Positions 32,255 through 42,513 of a stretch of 64,000 bases of DNA are shown piece by piece. Below the pieces are notes generated by a model that had not been told where the DNA came from, searched no databases, and was given only the letters and a program-made list of their open reading frames with translations. Numbering within the stretch: the stretch's first letter is position 1; every line of letters begins with the position of its first letter. Source of the DNA: Geminicoccaceae bacterium. GTDB lineage: Bacteria; Pseudomonadota; Alphaproteobacteria; Geminicoccales; Geminicoccaceae. The position numbers and the translations under genes were made by a program. The stretch is taken from positions 190,461-254,460 of the forward strand of contig JAXMCM010000014.1 of NCBI GenBank assembly GCA_046349355.1, read 5' to 3'.

Positions 32255-32481
32255 CTCGGTCTCCGCTGGCGGAGCGTCCGGCCCGAGCGGCCGCCATCTC
32301 CGCGTCGGAGGTCACCGTGAAGCGGCCGTGCTACGCGCTGATCGCGCAGATCCGGCAGGCCGGTTACAAGTGTCGCGTCGATCTCACGCTGTTCTGAGCA
32401 GCCGGGACGGCCGCGGTCCTTTGGCAGCGCCACCGGCAATCCCCATCTCTGGGTCTGTTCCTGCCCGTTCGAGGTACCGCG

Positions 32482-32886
32482 ATGACCGAGAAGATCACCA
32501 AGACCGACGCCGAGTGGCGGGCCCAGCTGAGCCCGGAGGAGTACCGGGTCACCCGGCAGCACGGCACCGAGCGCCCGTTCGCGAACCGCTACCATGACAG
32601 CAAGACGCCTGGCACCTACGCCTGCGTCTGCTGCGGGCAGCCGCTGTTCGACAGCAACACCAAGTACGACAGCGGCACCGGCTGGCCGTCCTTCTGGGCA
32701 CCGCTCAGCGAGGAGGCGGTGGCGACGAAGACCGACCGCAGCTGGCTGCTGCAGGTCCGCACCGAGGTGCTGTGCGCGCGCTGCGACGCGCATCTCGGCC
32801 ACGTCTTCCCCGACGGGCCGGAACCCACCGGGCAGCGCTACTGCATGAACTCGGCTGCCCTCAAGCTCGAGCCCAGGAAGCCGTGA
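32482..32886 (+). CDS. msrB: Peptide-methionine (R)-S-oxide reductase
   Basis: 134 aa: CVCCGQPLF and [12 protein letters not shown] zinc CxxC pairs, and [11 protein letters not shown] catalytic Cys. Confidence 0.95.
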   Translation: MTEKITKTDAEWRAQLSPEEYRVTRQHGTERPFANRYHDSKTPGTYACVCCGQPLFDSNTKYDSGTGWPSFWAPLSEEAVATKTDRSWLLQVRTEVLCARCDAHLGHVFPDGPEPTGQRYCMNSAALKLEPRKP

Positions 32887-34070
32887 GCACTGTCTGGAGC
32901 CGCCTCGGTATCGCCCCGATCATCAACGCCAAGGGCCCGGCGACGCGGCTCTCGGGCATGCCGATGCATCCCGACGTCGCGGCCGCCATGGCCGAGGCGG
33001 CGACATCCTGCGTCGACATCGTCCAGCTGCAGGCCGTCGCCTCGGCGACCATCGCCCGCCACACCGGCGCCGAGGCCGGCCTGGTCACCAGCGGCGCGGC
33101 GGCCGGCCTGCTGCTCGGCGCTGCCGCCTGCGTCGCCGGCAACGACCCGGCGGCCATGGCTCGCCTTCCCGACACGCACGGGCTCCGCTCCGAGGTCGTC
33201 ATGGTGCGCAGCCAGCGCAACCAGTACGACCATGCCGTCCGTACCGTCGGCCTGCGGGTCGTCGAGGTCGGCCTGCCCGACCGCTTCTCGGGCGCCGGCT
33301 GTCGGGACGCCGAGCCGTGGGAGCTGGCGGCGGCGATCGGCCCGCAGACCGCCTGCGTGCTGTGGGTCGCCACCGGCCACGCACGACCGACCCTCCCCGA
33401 GGTCGTCGAGGTCGCCCATGCCGCCGGGGTGCCGGTGCTGGTCGACGCCGCGGCCGAGCTGCCGCCGCGCGCCAATCTGCGCCGTTTCATTGCCGAAGGT
33501 GCGGACCTGGTCGCCATCTCCGGCGGGAAGGCGATCGGCGGGCCGCAGGGAACCGGAATGCTCTGCGGTCGCCATGACCTGATCATGTCGGCGGCGCTGC
33601 AGATGCTCGACATGGACTATCCGGAAGGCCTGTTCGCGCCGCCGCCCGGCTTCATCGACCGCAGCCGGCTGCGCGGCCTGCCACCGCACGGCATCGGCCG
33701 CCCCTGCAAGGTGGGCAAGGAGCAGATCGTCGGCCTGCTGGCGGCGCTCGGCCGTTTCGTCGAGACCGACGAGGGCGCCGAGCATGCGCAGCGGCTCGCC
33801 GAGGTCAGCCTGATCGCCGACATCCTGGCCGGGGTCGACGGCGTGGTCGTGCAGCTGCGGGCGGCGCAACCGGTGCCGACGCTCGCGGTGACGCCGCGCT
33901 GGATCCCGGCGGCCACGCTGCTGCGCCGTCTCGCCGAAAGCTCGCCAGCCATCCACGTCGATCCCGAGGAGGTCGATCACGGGCGAATCCTGCTCAACCC
34001 GATCTGCCTCCGGCCGGGCGAGGCGGCGATCGTCGCAGCGCGTATCGAGGCCATCGTCGCCAACCCCTGA
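32883..34070 (+). CDS. SelA-like PLP-dependent enzyme (L-seryl-tRNA(Sec) selenium transferase-related / DgaE-like family)
   Basis: GTG 32883 in a GTGA overlap with the msrB stop gives [25 protein letters not shown]..., about 395 aa. [15 protein letters not shown] resembles the SelA-family PLP-lysine motif. Confidence 0.7.
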   Translation: MSTVWSRLGIAPIINAKGPATRLSGMPMHPDVAAAMAEAATSCVDIVQLQAVASATIARHTGAEAGLVTSGAAAGLLLGAAACVAGNDPAAMARLPDTHGLRSEVVMVRSQRNQYDHAVRTVGLRVVEVGLPDRFSGAGCRDAEPWELAAAIGPQTACVLWVATGHARPTLPEVVEVAHAAGVPVLVDAAAELPPRANLRRFIAEGADLVAISGGKAIGGPQGTGMLCGRHDLIMSAALQMLDMDYPEGLFAPPPGFIDRSRLRGLPPHGIGRPCKVGKEQIVGLLAALGRFVETDEGAEHAQRLAEVSLIADILAGVDGVVVQLRAAQPVPTLAVTPRWIPAATLLRRLAESSPAIHVDPEEVDHGRILLNPICLRPGEAAIVAARIEAIVANP

Positions 34071-34188
34071 CACGCCTGCGGCCGGTTGCCGGCCCGCCGT
34101 GCTTTTCCCTTGCCCCGTGCGGTGTTGCGCGGGCAACTTGCGATCGATTTCCAACTCTCGCCGATCGATCCGCTGACGGAACCCCGCG

Positions 34189-35256
34189 ATGCATGAGGTC
34201 GCCAAGGAGCGATTTCCCGACGCCGCCCCGATCTTCGTCGTCGGTGCGCCGCGATCGGGAACCACCCTGCTGACCCGCGTGCTCGACGGCCACCCCAACG
34301 TGGCGATCGCCGACGAGCTCATCTTCTATGACATCATCCTGACCGCCCGCAGCGTCGTCCCGGAACTCGACACGCCCGAGCGCATCGAGGCCTTCTTCGC
34401 GCTGCTGCCGAAGATGGACCATGTCCGCTACTGGAGCGGTCTGGACGAGGTTCTGGCCGAGACCCGCCGCCGCCTGCTGGCCCATCCGCACCCGACCTAC
34501 GGGCGGTTCTTCCTGTTGCTGATGGAGCTTCATGCCGAGCGGCAGGGGGCGGCGCGGTTCGGCGACAAGACACCCTGGAACGTCCGCCATCTCGACCTGA
34601 TCGTCACCAACTTCCCCGACGCCCGGATCATCCACCTCGTCCGCGACCCGCGCGCCAACGTCGCCTCGCGGCGCAAGCTGCCGCGCACCTCCACCGACGT
34701 GCTCACCAACGCGGTCAAGTGGAAGCTCGACATCCAGGCGGCCCGACGCTTCGCCGCCGGCCCGCTCGCCACGCCGGCCAACTACATGGAGGTCCGCTAC
34801 GAGGATCTCGTCACCGACCTCGAGCCGCATGCGCGGCGGATCTGCGCCTTCATCGGCGAGCCGTGGAGCGACGGCATGCTCGCCTTCCACGAGTCCAAGG
34901 ACATCATGTTCCGCGACCAGCCGTGGAAGGAAGGCGTCCTGAAGCCGGCGCATACCGGCTCACTCGAGCAGTGGCGCAAGGAGCTGACCGCAGCCCAGGT
35001 CGGAATCATCGAGCGCGTCTGTGCCGGCGAGATGCAGGCCTACGCCTACGCACCGGCGACGCCCCGCGCGTCGCTGCTCGCCGTCGCCACGCAGCTACCC
35101 GCCGAGATCGCGGCCTGGCGTTCGTTCAAGCGGACCGACTCGGCACGGCAGCGCCAGGACGTGGACATCGAGTTCCGTCATGGGGCGGCACCGCTCTATG
35201 CCCTGATGCTGAAGACGGCCGGGGCGCGCCTGCGCCGGCTGCTCGGCGCCGGCTGA
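34189..35256 (+). CDS. Sulfotransferase, tyrosylprotein-sulfotransferase (TPST/RaxST)-like
   Basis: 355 aa: FVVGAPRSGTTLLTRVLDGHP, FGDKTPWNVRHL, HLVRDPRANVASRR, VRYEDLV, PWSDGMLAFHES, LEQWRKEL. Block-by-block resemblance to animal TPST as I recall it. Confidence 0.8.
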   Translation: MHEVAKERFPDAAPIFVVGAPRSGTTLLTRVLDGHPNVAIADELIFYDIILTARSVVPELDTPERIEAFFALLPKMDHVRYWSGLDEVLAETRRRLLAHPHPTYGRFFLLLMELHAERQGAARFGDKTPWNVRHLDLIVTNFPDARIIHLVRDPRANVASRRKLPRTSTDVLTNAVKWKLDIQAARRFAAGPLATPANYMEVRYEDLVTDLEPHARRICAFIGEPWSDGMLAFHESKDIMFRDQPWKEGVLKPAHTGSLEQWRKELTAAQVGIIERVCAGEMQAYAYAPATPRASLLAVATQLPAEIAAWRSFKRTDSARQRQDVDIEFRHGAAPLYALMLKTAGARLRRLLGAG

Positions 35257-35288
35257 GCGGCGCCTCAGGCCGAGGAAACGCACAGTCG

Positions 35289-36335
35289 ATGTCGACGCAG
35301 ACCTTTTCCGACGTCTCGCCGGTGTTCGTGGTCGGTGCCCCGCGCTCGGGCACCACGATGGTGCAGCGGATGCTCGATGCCCATCCGCGGCTCGCCATCT
35401 TCGACGAGGTGACCTACTTCGAGGGCATCCTCAAGATGACGGGCGTCGTGCCTGACCTCGCCGTACCGGGGGCCATCGACCGGTTCTTCGAGGCGCTGCC
35501 ACGGCTCGAGCAATATCCCTACTGGAACAACATCGACGACCTGCTGGTCGCCGTGCGCGCCGCCCTCGAGGCCTCGGACCAACCGAGTTACCCGCTGGTC
35601 TACCGTACGTTCATGGAGGCCTACGCCCGGCGCTGCGGCAAGGCCCGCTTCGGCGACAAGTCGCCGGCCAACGTCCGCCACCTCGATGCGACGCTGGCGA
35701 TGTTCCCCAAGGCCCGCATCATCCACGTCGTTCGCGATCCGCGCGGCGCCGTCGCGTCGCGGCGCAATACCGAGTGGTCGTCGGACGAAGTGCTCAGCAC
35801 CGCCGCCAAGTGGCGCCTCGATGTCGAGGCAGCCCGGCGCTTCGCCGCCTCGGCGCCGGCCGGCGTGATCACCGAGGTCCGCTACGAGGACATGGTCCGC
35901 TCCACCGAGAAGGAGCTGCGCCGCCTGTGCGACTTCGTGGGCGAGCCCTACGACCCGGCCATGCTCGAGTTCCACCGCAGCAGCGACGTCAGTTTCCAGG
36001 CCTCCCCCTGGAAGGACGGCGTGTTCCGCCCGGTGTCGGAAGCCTCCCTCGAGCGCTGGCGCAAGGAGCTGACGGAGCCGCAGGTCGGCATCATCCAGCT
36101 GGTCGTCGGCAAGGCCCTGCGCCAGCATGGCTACGAGACGGCGACGCTGTCGCTGGCCACGCGCCTGGGCCTGCCGCTCCAGCTGGTGCGCGAGGTCCGT
36201 GGCTGGCGCGCCTTCAAGAAGGAGGTGGCGCAGCGCCGGCGCGCCGCCGACAACCCGATCGGCTCGGATGCGAAGCCGCTCTCGCGGATGGCGCTGCGCT
36301 TCGTCAGCGAGCAGTTGGGCCTGCGCCAGCGCTAG
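35289..36335 (+). CDS. Sulfotransferase, TPST/RaxST-like (tandem paralogue)
   Basis: Start MSTQTFSDVSPVFVVGAPRSGTTMVQRMLDAHP at ATG 35289; about 348 aa. HVVRDPRGAVASRR, VRYEDMV, LERWRKEL. Confidence 0.8.
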   Translation: MSTQTFSDVSPVFVVGAPRSGTTMVQRMLDAHPRLAIFDEVTYFEGILKMTGVVPDLAVPGAIDRFFEALPRLEQYPYWNNIDDLLVAVRAALEASDQPSYPLVYRTFMEAYARRCGKARFGDKSPANVRHLDATLAMFPKARIIHVVRDPRGAVASRRNTEWSSDEVLSTAAKWRLDVEAARRFAASAPAGVITEVRYEDMVRSTEKELRRLCDFVGEPYDPAMLEFHRSSDVSFQASPWKDGVFRPVSEASLERWRKELTEPQVGIIQLVVGKALRQHGYETATLSLATRLGLPLQLVREVRGWRAFKKEVAQRRRAADNPIGSDAKPLSRMALRFVSEQLGLRQR

Positions 36336-36413
36336 GCGCGGCGGCGGTTCTCTGGCCTCCAGGTCGCCGAGGCCCTATCTGAGGCGCGGTGGCCCTTGGG
36401 CGGGATCGACGCG

Positions 36414-36977
36414 ATGCAATGGATCAACGAGCCGGCGCGCTGGCAGGCGGCTGACGGCGGGCTCGAGCTGACGACCGACGACAAGACCGACTTCTGGCAG
36501 GGCACCTACTACGGCTGGCACAACGATACCGGCCATGTCTGGGGCAAGCCGGTCAGCGGCGACTTCACCGCCGAGGTCACCTTCTCGGCCGCCTACGAGG
36601 GCCACTACGACCAGGCCGGCCTGATGCTGCGCTTCGGCCCCCGCTCGTGGGTCAAGGCCGGCGTGGAGTACGCGCATGGCGACTGCCTCCTGAGCACGGT
36701 GATCACCCGCGAGCTGTCCGACTGGTCGGTCGGGCCGCACATCTCGGTCAGCGACCACATCACCATCCGCCTGACCCGCGTCGGCCTCGCCGTCTGCGTC
36801 CAGTGGAAGCCGGCCGGCAGCGACAGGGCCTTCGCGACGCTGCGCCTGGGCGCCCTGAGCGATGCGGCGGACGGCCTCGTCGGCCCGATGGCCTGCTCGC
36901 CCACCCGCGCCGGGCTGGTCGCCCGCTTCCGCGACTTCCGGGTGACCCCGCCGGTCGACTTCGCCGGCGGCGTGTGA
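36414..36977 (+). CDS. DUF1349 (concanavalin-A-like lectin/glucanase fold) protein
   Basis: MQWINEPARWQAADGGLELTTDDKTDFWQGTYYG ... YDQAGLMLR ... WVKAGVEY is the typical DUF1349 pattern. Start ATG 36414; ORF start 36396 is also possible. Confidence 0.65.
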   Translation: MQWINEPARWQAADGGLELTTDDKTDFWQGTYYGWHNDTGHVWGKPVSGDFTAEVTFSAAYEGHYDQAGLMLRFGPRSWVKAGVEYAHGDCLLSTVITRELSDWSVGPHISVSDHITIRLTRVGLAVCVQWKPAGSDRAFATLRLGALSDAADGLVGPMACSPTRAGLVARFRDFRVTPPVDFAGGV

Positions 36978-37969
36978 GCCCAGCCGTGGCCCTCGACCGC
37001 CGCCTCTGCGTGGCGCCGATGATGGACTGGACCGACCGCCATTGCCGGTCCTTCCACCGGCTGCTCGCGCCGCAGGCCCTGCTCTACACGGAGATGGTCA
37101 CCACCGGTGCCCTGCTGCACGGCAACCGGCGGCGTCTGCTCGACTTCGACCCGGCCGAGCAGCCGGTCGCGTTGCAGCTGGGCGGCAGCGAGCCCGACGA
37201 GCTCGCCGCCTGCGCCCGGCTCGGCGAAGCCTGGGGCTATGTCGAGATCAACCTGAACTGCGGCTGTCCCTCCGAGCGCGTCCAGCGCGGCGCCTTCGGG
37301 GCCTGCCTGATGCGCGAGCCCGGCCTGGTCGCCGAGTGCGTCGCCGCCATGCGCGCGGCGACCTCGCTGCCGGTCACGGTCAAGTGCCGGATCGGCGTCG
37401 ACGACAGCGACGAGTGGGCGTTCTTCGCGGCATTCGTCGACACGGTCGCCGCCGCCGGCATCGACGCCCTGATCGTCCACGCCCGCAAGGCCTGGCTGAA
37501 GGGGCTGAGCCCCAAGGAGAACCGCGAGATCCCGCCGCTCCGTCACGACATCGTGCACCGCCTCAAGGCCGAGCGGCCCGGCCTGTGCGTCATTCTCAAC
37601 GGCGGCCTGACGACGCCCGCGCAGGTGAGCGAGGCCCTGGCCTGGGCCGACGGGGTGATGGTCGGCCGCGCCGCCTACCAGGAGCCGTGGACGTTGCACG
37701 CCATGGCCCGCGCCCTCGATCCGGCCCTGCCTCCGCTGGAGCGGGAGGCCATCGTCGACGCGATGCGCGACTACCTTGTCCGCGCCATGGCTGCCGGCGT
37801 TCCCGCCAAGGCCGTGCTGCGCCACATGCTGGGCCTGTGCAACGGTCTCCCCGGTGCCCGGGCCTGGCGGCGGACGCTGAGCGAGGGCATGCAGCGGCCC
37901 GACGCCGGCCCCGGCCTGCTCGATGCCGCGATGCGCCTGGTTCGCCACCCCGACCGCGTCGCGGCGTAA
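36974..37969 (+). CDS. dusA: tRNA dihydrouridine(20/20a) synthase
   Basis: GTG 36974 in a GTGA overlap gives VSPAVALDRRLCVAPMMDWTDRHCR ... EINLNCGCPS ... VTVKCRIG, about 331 aa. Confidence 0.9.
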   Translation: MSPAVALDRRLCVAPMMDWTDRHCRSFHRLLAPQALLYTEMVTTGALLHGNRRRLLDFDPAEQPVALQLGGSEPDELAACARLGEAWGYVEINLNCGCPSERVQRGAFGACLMREPGLVAECVAAMRAATSLPVTVKCRIGVDDSDEWAFFAAFVDTVAAAGIDALIVHARKAWLKGLSPKENREIPPLRHDIVHRLKAERPGLCVILNGGLTTPAQVSEALAWADGVMVGRAAYQEPWTLHAMARALDPALPPLEREAIVDAMRDYLVRAMAAGVPAKAVLRHMLGLCNGLPGARAWRRTLSEGMQRPDAGPGLLDAAMRLVRHPDRVAA

Positions 37970-38025
37970 CGGCGACTTAACCGCGCCGCGATAGGGTGTC
38001 CTGGCCGCATCCCCGAGGAGCGCCC

Positions 38026-38214
38026 ATGCCATCCCTCAGGCGTCTCGCCCCGCTCCTGCGTGACCGGTCGGGCTCGACGGCGATCGAGTATGCCCTGCTC
38101 GCCGCCGTGGTCTCGATCACCGCCATCGCCGGCATGCAGGCCTTCGCCGCCAGCATGGACCAGATGTGGAACGTGTTCATCGCCGCCATCGCCGCGGCGC
38201 TGGCGGGTGCCTGA
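38026..38214 (+). CDS. Flp family type IVb pilin
   Basis: MPSLRRLAPLLRDRSGSTAIEYALLAAVVSITAIAG..., 62 aa. The G-(S/A)-TAIEY-(A/G)-LLA Flp motif is present. GAGGAG RBS 6 nt upstream of ATG 38026. Confidence 0.75.
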   Translation: MPSLRRLAPLLRDRSGSTAIEYALLAAVVSITAIAGMQAFAASMDQMWNVFIAAIAAALAGA

Positions 38215-38226
38215 GCCCCGGCCGGT

Positions 38227-39710
38227 TCAGCGGAACGCCGGCTCGTCGAAGCTGCGGAGCTTGCGCGAGTGCAGGCGGTCGGGGCCCTGCTCGCGCAGGA
38301 TCCGCACCGTCTCCAGCCCGATGGCGAGGTGCTGGTTGATGCGCTCGCGGTAGAACTGGTTGGCCATGCCGCGCAGCTTCAGCTCGCCGTGCAGCGGCTT
38401 GTCCGAGACGCACAGCAGCGTCCCGTAGGGCACCCGGAAGCGGAAGCCGTTGGCGGCGATGGTGGCGCTCTCCATGTCGACGGCGATGGCGCGGCTCTGG
38501 TTCAGCCGGGCGAACAGCTCGTCGTAGCGCAGCTCCCAGTTGCGGTTGGCCGTCGTCGCCACCGTGCCCGTGCGCATCCGCGTCTTCACCGCCGCCCCGG
38601 CGAGGCCGGTCACGTTCACCACGGCCTCCTGCAGCGCCACCTGCACCTCGGCGATCGGCGGGATCGGCACGAACGGCGGGACCTCCTGGTCGAGGACGTG
38701 GTCCTCGCGGACATAGCCGTGGGCGAGCACGTAGTCGCCGAGCTGCTGGCTGCGCCGCAGGCCGGCGCAGTGGCCGAGCATCAGCCAGCAATGCGGCCGC
38801 AGCACCGCCAGATGGTCCGTGATGGTCCGCGCATTGCTCGGACCGACCCCGATGTTGACCATCGTCACGCCGCGGCGGTCCGGCCGGGTCAGGTGGTAGG
38901 CCGGCATCTGCGGCAGGTGCTCCGGCGCCCGGCCCGAGGCCTGCCGGTCGTTCATCCGCGGGTTCGGCGTCAGCAGGTTCCCCGGCTGGACGAAGCCGTC
39001 ATATTCCTCGCCTCCGAGACTTCCTTCAGCCCGTACTCGATGAAGTGGTCGACGTAGCGCTGGTAGTTGGTGAGCAGGATGAAGCGCTGGAAGTGCTCGG
39101 GCTGGGTGCCGGTGTAGTGGTGCAGGCGGGCGAGGCTGTAGTCGACGCGCTCGGCGGTGAACAGCGCCAGCGGCGCGCAGTCCTTGCCGATCACCCGCCA
39201 GGTGCCGTTGGCGATGTCGTCGTCGGTGCCGCTGAGGTCCGGCATCGGGAACAGGTACTGCAGCTCGTTCATCCGCGACGGGCTGAGCTCGCCGCTCATT
39301 TCCTCGACGACGAACGGCAGCGGGATCGGCCGGCGGCTGACGCCGGTCACCACCGGCACGCGGTGGTTGCCCAGCAGGATCGTCAGCTGGGTGCGGTAGT
39401 AGTCGCCGAACAGCGAGGGCCGCGTCACCGTCGTCCCGTAGACCCCGGGATCGTGCAGCACGCCATAGGCCAGCCGCCCGTCGAGGTTGAGGTCACCGGG
39501 ATCGACCCGAACCCCGACGAACGGGTAGTAGGCATCGATCGGTCCCTCCGGGCGGATGCCCTTCGCATAGCGCTGGAAGGCGGCACGCAGGCGGCCGGCG
39601 GCGGCGTCGAACAGCCGGGTCAGCCGGTCGACCGCCGCCTCGACGTCGGTGTGCTGCTCGAGCTCGAGGATGCCGAGCTCGGCGAAGGGAGCGAGAACAG
39701 GATCGTGCAT
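38227..39710 (-). pseudogene. amn: AMP nucleosidase, frame broken once
   Basis: ORFs 38970..39710 (N-terminal domain) and 38227..38955 (PNP/UDP phosphorylase-like catalytic domain, VNIGVGPSNA ... AVDMESA) join near 39014 (...YGLKEVSG/GEEYDGFVQPGNLLTPNPRMNDRQ). Equals loss of one base in a C run on the plus strand. Confidence 0.85.
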
Positions 39711-39864
39711 CGAGGGTCCGGTATCTGAAGCTGGACCGTTGTATCACGCGGCCGCGGTGCCGGTCAGCCACGGGCCCGGCGCTGGACGCTGGCACCATCC
39801 CTGCCTATGTGGACCCCGCATCGCCCGGCGCCCGGCCGGCACGATGGTCGGACCGATCCTGCGA

Positions 39865-41672
39865 ATGGCCCCTCCTCTCCTCGCCCTGCGTGACGCCGCC
39901 GCGCACATCGGCAGCCAGCAGCTGTTCGCCGGCCTCGACGTCGCCGTCGAGCGCGGCCAGCGCGTCGCCCTGGTCGGCCGCAACGGCAGCGGCAAGTCGA
40001 CCCTCCTGAAGGTCCTGGCCGGCCTGCACGACCTCGATGCCGGCGAGCGCTTCCTGCAGCCGCGCACGACCGTCGCCTACATGGCCCAGGAGCCGGCGAT
40101 CGACCCGGCCACGACCCTGCTCGACGAGGTCGTGCGGGCCTGCCGGCGCACGCCGATGCCGACGCCAACCGCCGCCGTGCGCTGGCGGTGCTCGAGGGCC
40201 TCGGCATGGACCCGGAGCGGACCGCCGCGGCCCTGTCCGGCGGCGAGACGCGGCGCGTCACCCTGGCCCGCGTGCTGGTCGGCGAGCCCGACGTCCTGCT
40301 CCTCGACGAGCCGACCAACCATCTCGACCTCGCCGGCATCGACTGGCTCGAGCAGGAGCTGCTCCGCTTCGGCGGCGCCCTTGTCCTCGTCAGCCACGAC
40401 CGCGCCTTCCTCACCCGGCTCAGCCAGCGCACCTGGTGGCTCGACCGCGGCCGGCTGCACGTGCTCGACGACGGCTTCGGCGGGTTCGGCGCCTGGTCGG
40501 AAGGCATTCTCGAGGCCGAGGAGGCCGAGCTCGCCCGTCTCGACAAGCGCATCGAGGCGGAGATGCACTGGGTGCATCGCGGCGTGACCGCACGCCGCCG
40601 GCGCAACATGGGCCGGCTGCGCAAGGTGGCCGAGCTCCGCGCCGAGCGGCGCTCCCGCATCGCCCAGGTCGGCGGCGCCCGCCTCGAGGCCGAGAAGGGC
40701 CCGACCTCCGGCCGCCTCGTCATCGAGGCCACCGGCATCGGCAAGGCGTTTGCGGATCGCCCGATCGTCACCGATTTCTCGACCCGGATCATGCGCGGCG
40801 ACCGTGTCGGCCTGGTCGGCCCGAACGGCTGCGGCAAGACCACCCTGCTGGGGCTGCTGACCGGCGAGCTCGAGCCCGACACCGGGTCGGTGCGCCTCGG
40901 CACCAACCTCGCCATCGCCCGCTTCGACCAGAACCGCGCCCAGCTCGATCCCGACAAGACTCCCTGGGAGACGCTCTGCCCCGACGGCGGCGACCATGTG
41001 CAGGTCCGCGGCCGCTGGCAGCACGTGGTCGGCTACCTGCGCGACTTCCTGTTCCGCGAGGACCAGGCGCGCCAGCCGGTCAAGGCGCTGTCGGGCGGCG
41101 AGCGCAACCGGCTGCTGCTGGCCAAGCTGCTGACCCGGCCGGCGAACCTGCTGGTCCTCGACGAACCGACCAACGACCTCGACATGGAGACGCTGGAGCT
41201 CCTCGAGGAAATGCTGGCGGAGTGGGACGGGACCCTGCTCCTCGTCAGCCACGACCGCACCTTCCTCGACAACCTCGTCACCAGCACCATCGCCTGGGAC
41301 GGGCCGGGGCGGTTCCGCGAATATGTCGGCGGCTACAGCGACTGGCTGCGGCAGCGGCCGGCGCAGCCGGAGAAGGCGGCCAGGCCGGCCACCCGGGATG
41401 CCCGGCCGGCAGCACCCGCGAGGGCCCCCGCGCTCAGCAGCTCGCGCCTGCAGCGCGAGCTCGAACGCGTCCAGGGCAAGCTCGACGAGGCTGGCAGGTC
41501 CATCGCCGCCCTCGAGGCACGCCTCGCCGATCCCACCTTCTACGGTCGCGATCCTGCCGGGTTCGCCGCCACCAGCGCGGATCTGGAGCAGCGCCGCGCC
41601 GGTCTCGCCGAACTCGAGGAGCGCTGGCTCGAGCTCGAGCTGCAGCGCGAGGCTGCCGGCACGGGCGCATGA
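39865..41672 (+). pseudogene. ABC-F family ATPase (Uup-like, two ABC domains plus C-terminal coiled coil), frame broken once
   Basis: MAPPLLALRDAAAHIG...GRNGSGKST in the ORF 39649 frame continues in ORF 40188..41672 (LSGGETRRV, LLLDEPTNHLD, second GPNGCGKTT, LSGGERNRL). Junction about 40137: DEVVRG/LPAHADADANRRRALAVLEGLG. ATG 39844 is an alternative start. Confidence 0.85.
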
Positions 41673-42490
41673 GCGAGCCGCGCCCGCTTCCGGCGACCCT
41701 CGACCTCGATGCCTACGCGCCGGCGCAGATCGCCGAGCGGGTCGAGCGGGCCGGCGTCGCCAAGGCGCGGCTTCCCGTCGTGCAGACGCTGGCCCTGGCT
41801 GTCCTCGCCGGCGCCTTCATCGCCTTCGGCGGCATGTTGTACCTCGTCGCCATGACCGAGCCCGCGCTCGGCCTCGGCCCGTCCCGCCTGCTCGGCGGCG
41901 TCGCCTTCTCGCTCGGCCTGATCCTTGTCTCGATTGCCGGCGCCGAGCTGTTCACCGGCAACGCGCTGATGGTGATGGCCCTGGTCGACGGGCGGATCGC
42001 CGCAGCCGAGCTGGTCCGCAACTGGACGATCGTCCTGTTCGGCAACGCGATCGGCGGCGTCGGCGCCGCCCTGCTCTACCACTGGGCCGAGGGTACGGGC
42101 CTCGGCGGCGGCAAGGTCGCGGCGACGCTCGCCGCCGTCGCGCGCGCCAAGGTGACGATGACCTGGGACGTGGCCTTCGTCCGCGGCGTTCTCTGCAACG
42201 CGCTGGTCTGCCTCGCCGTGTGGCTGTCGCTCGCCGCCCGCGACATCGCCGGGCGCATCCTCGCCATCGTCTTCCCGATCACGGCCTTCGTCGCCCTGGG
42301 CTTCGAGCACTCGATCGCCAACCTGTTCACGCTGCCGCTCGCCCTCCTCGAAGGCGTCGACGGCGTCGATCCGTCGGGCGTGCTCCATAACCTCGTCTGG
42401 GTCACCGCCGGCAACGTCGTCGGCGGCGCCGGGCTTGTCGGCCTCGTCTACTGGGTCTGCTATCGCATGCAGCGCGAGCCGGCCGGCTGA
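41669..42490 (+). CDS. Formate/nitrite transporter (FNT) family channel
   Basis: MSEPRPLPATLDLDAY..., 273 aa, 6 TM. AELFTGN and GFEHSIANLF motifs. ATGA overlap with the ABC-F stop. Confidence 0.9.
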   Translation: MSEPRPLPATLDLDAYAPAQIAERVERAGVAKARLPVVQTLALAVLAGAFIAFGGMLYLVAMTEPALGLGPSRLLGGVAFSLGLILVSIAGAELFTGNALMVMALVDGRIAAAELVRNWTIVLFGNAIGGVGAALLYHWAEGTGLGGGKVAATLAAVARAKVTMTWDVAFVRGVLCNALVCLAVWLSLAARDIAGRILAIVFPITAFVALGFEHSIANLFTLPLALLEGVDGVDPSGVLHNLVWVTAGNVVGGAGLVGLVYWVCYRMQREPAG

Positions 42491-42513
42491 GGGCTCGTCG
42501 GAGATACTCCCCC

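Noticed and set aside
32883-34070. A selenium or selenoprotein link for the SelA-like gene next to msrB
   Set aside because: MsrB has Cys at the catalytic position. There is no in-frame TGA, no SECIS-like hairpin, and no selB, selC or selD nearby. The SelA-like family also contains non-selenium enzymes.
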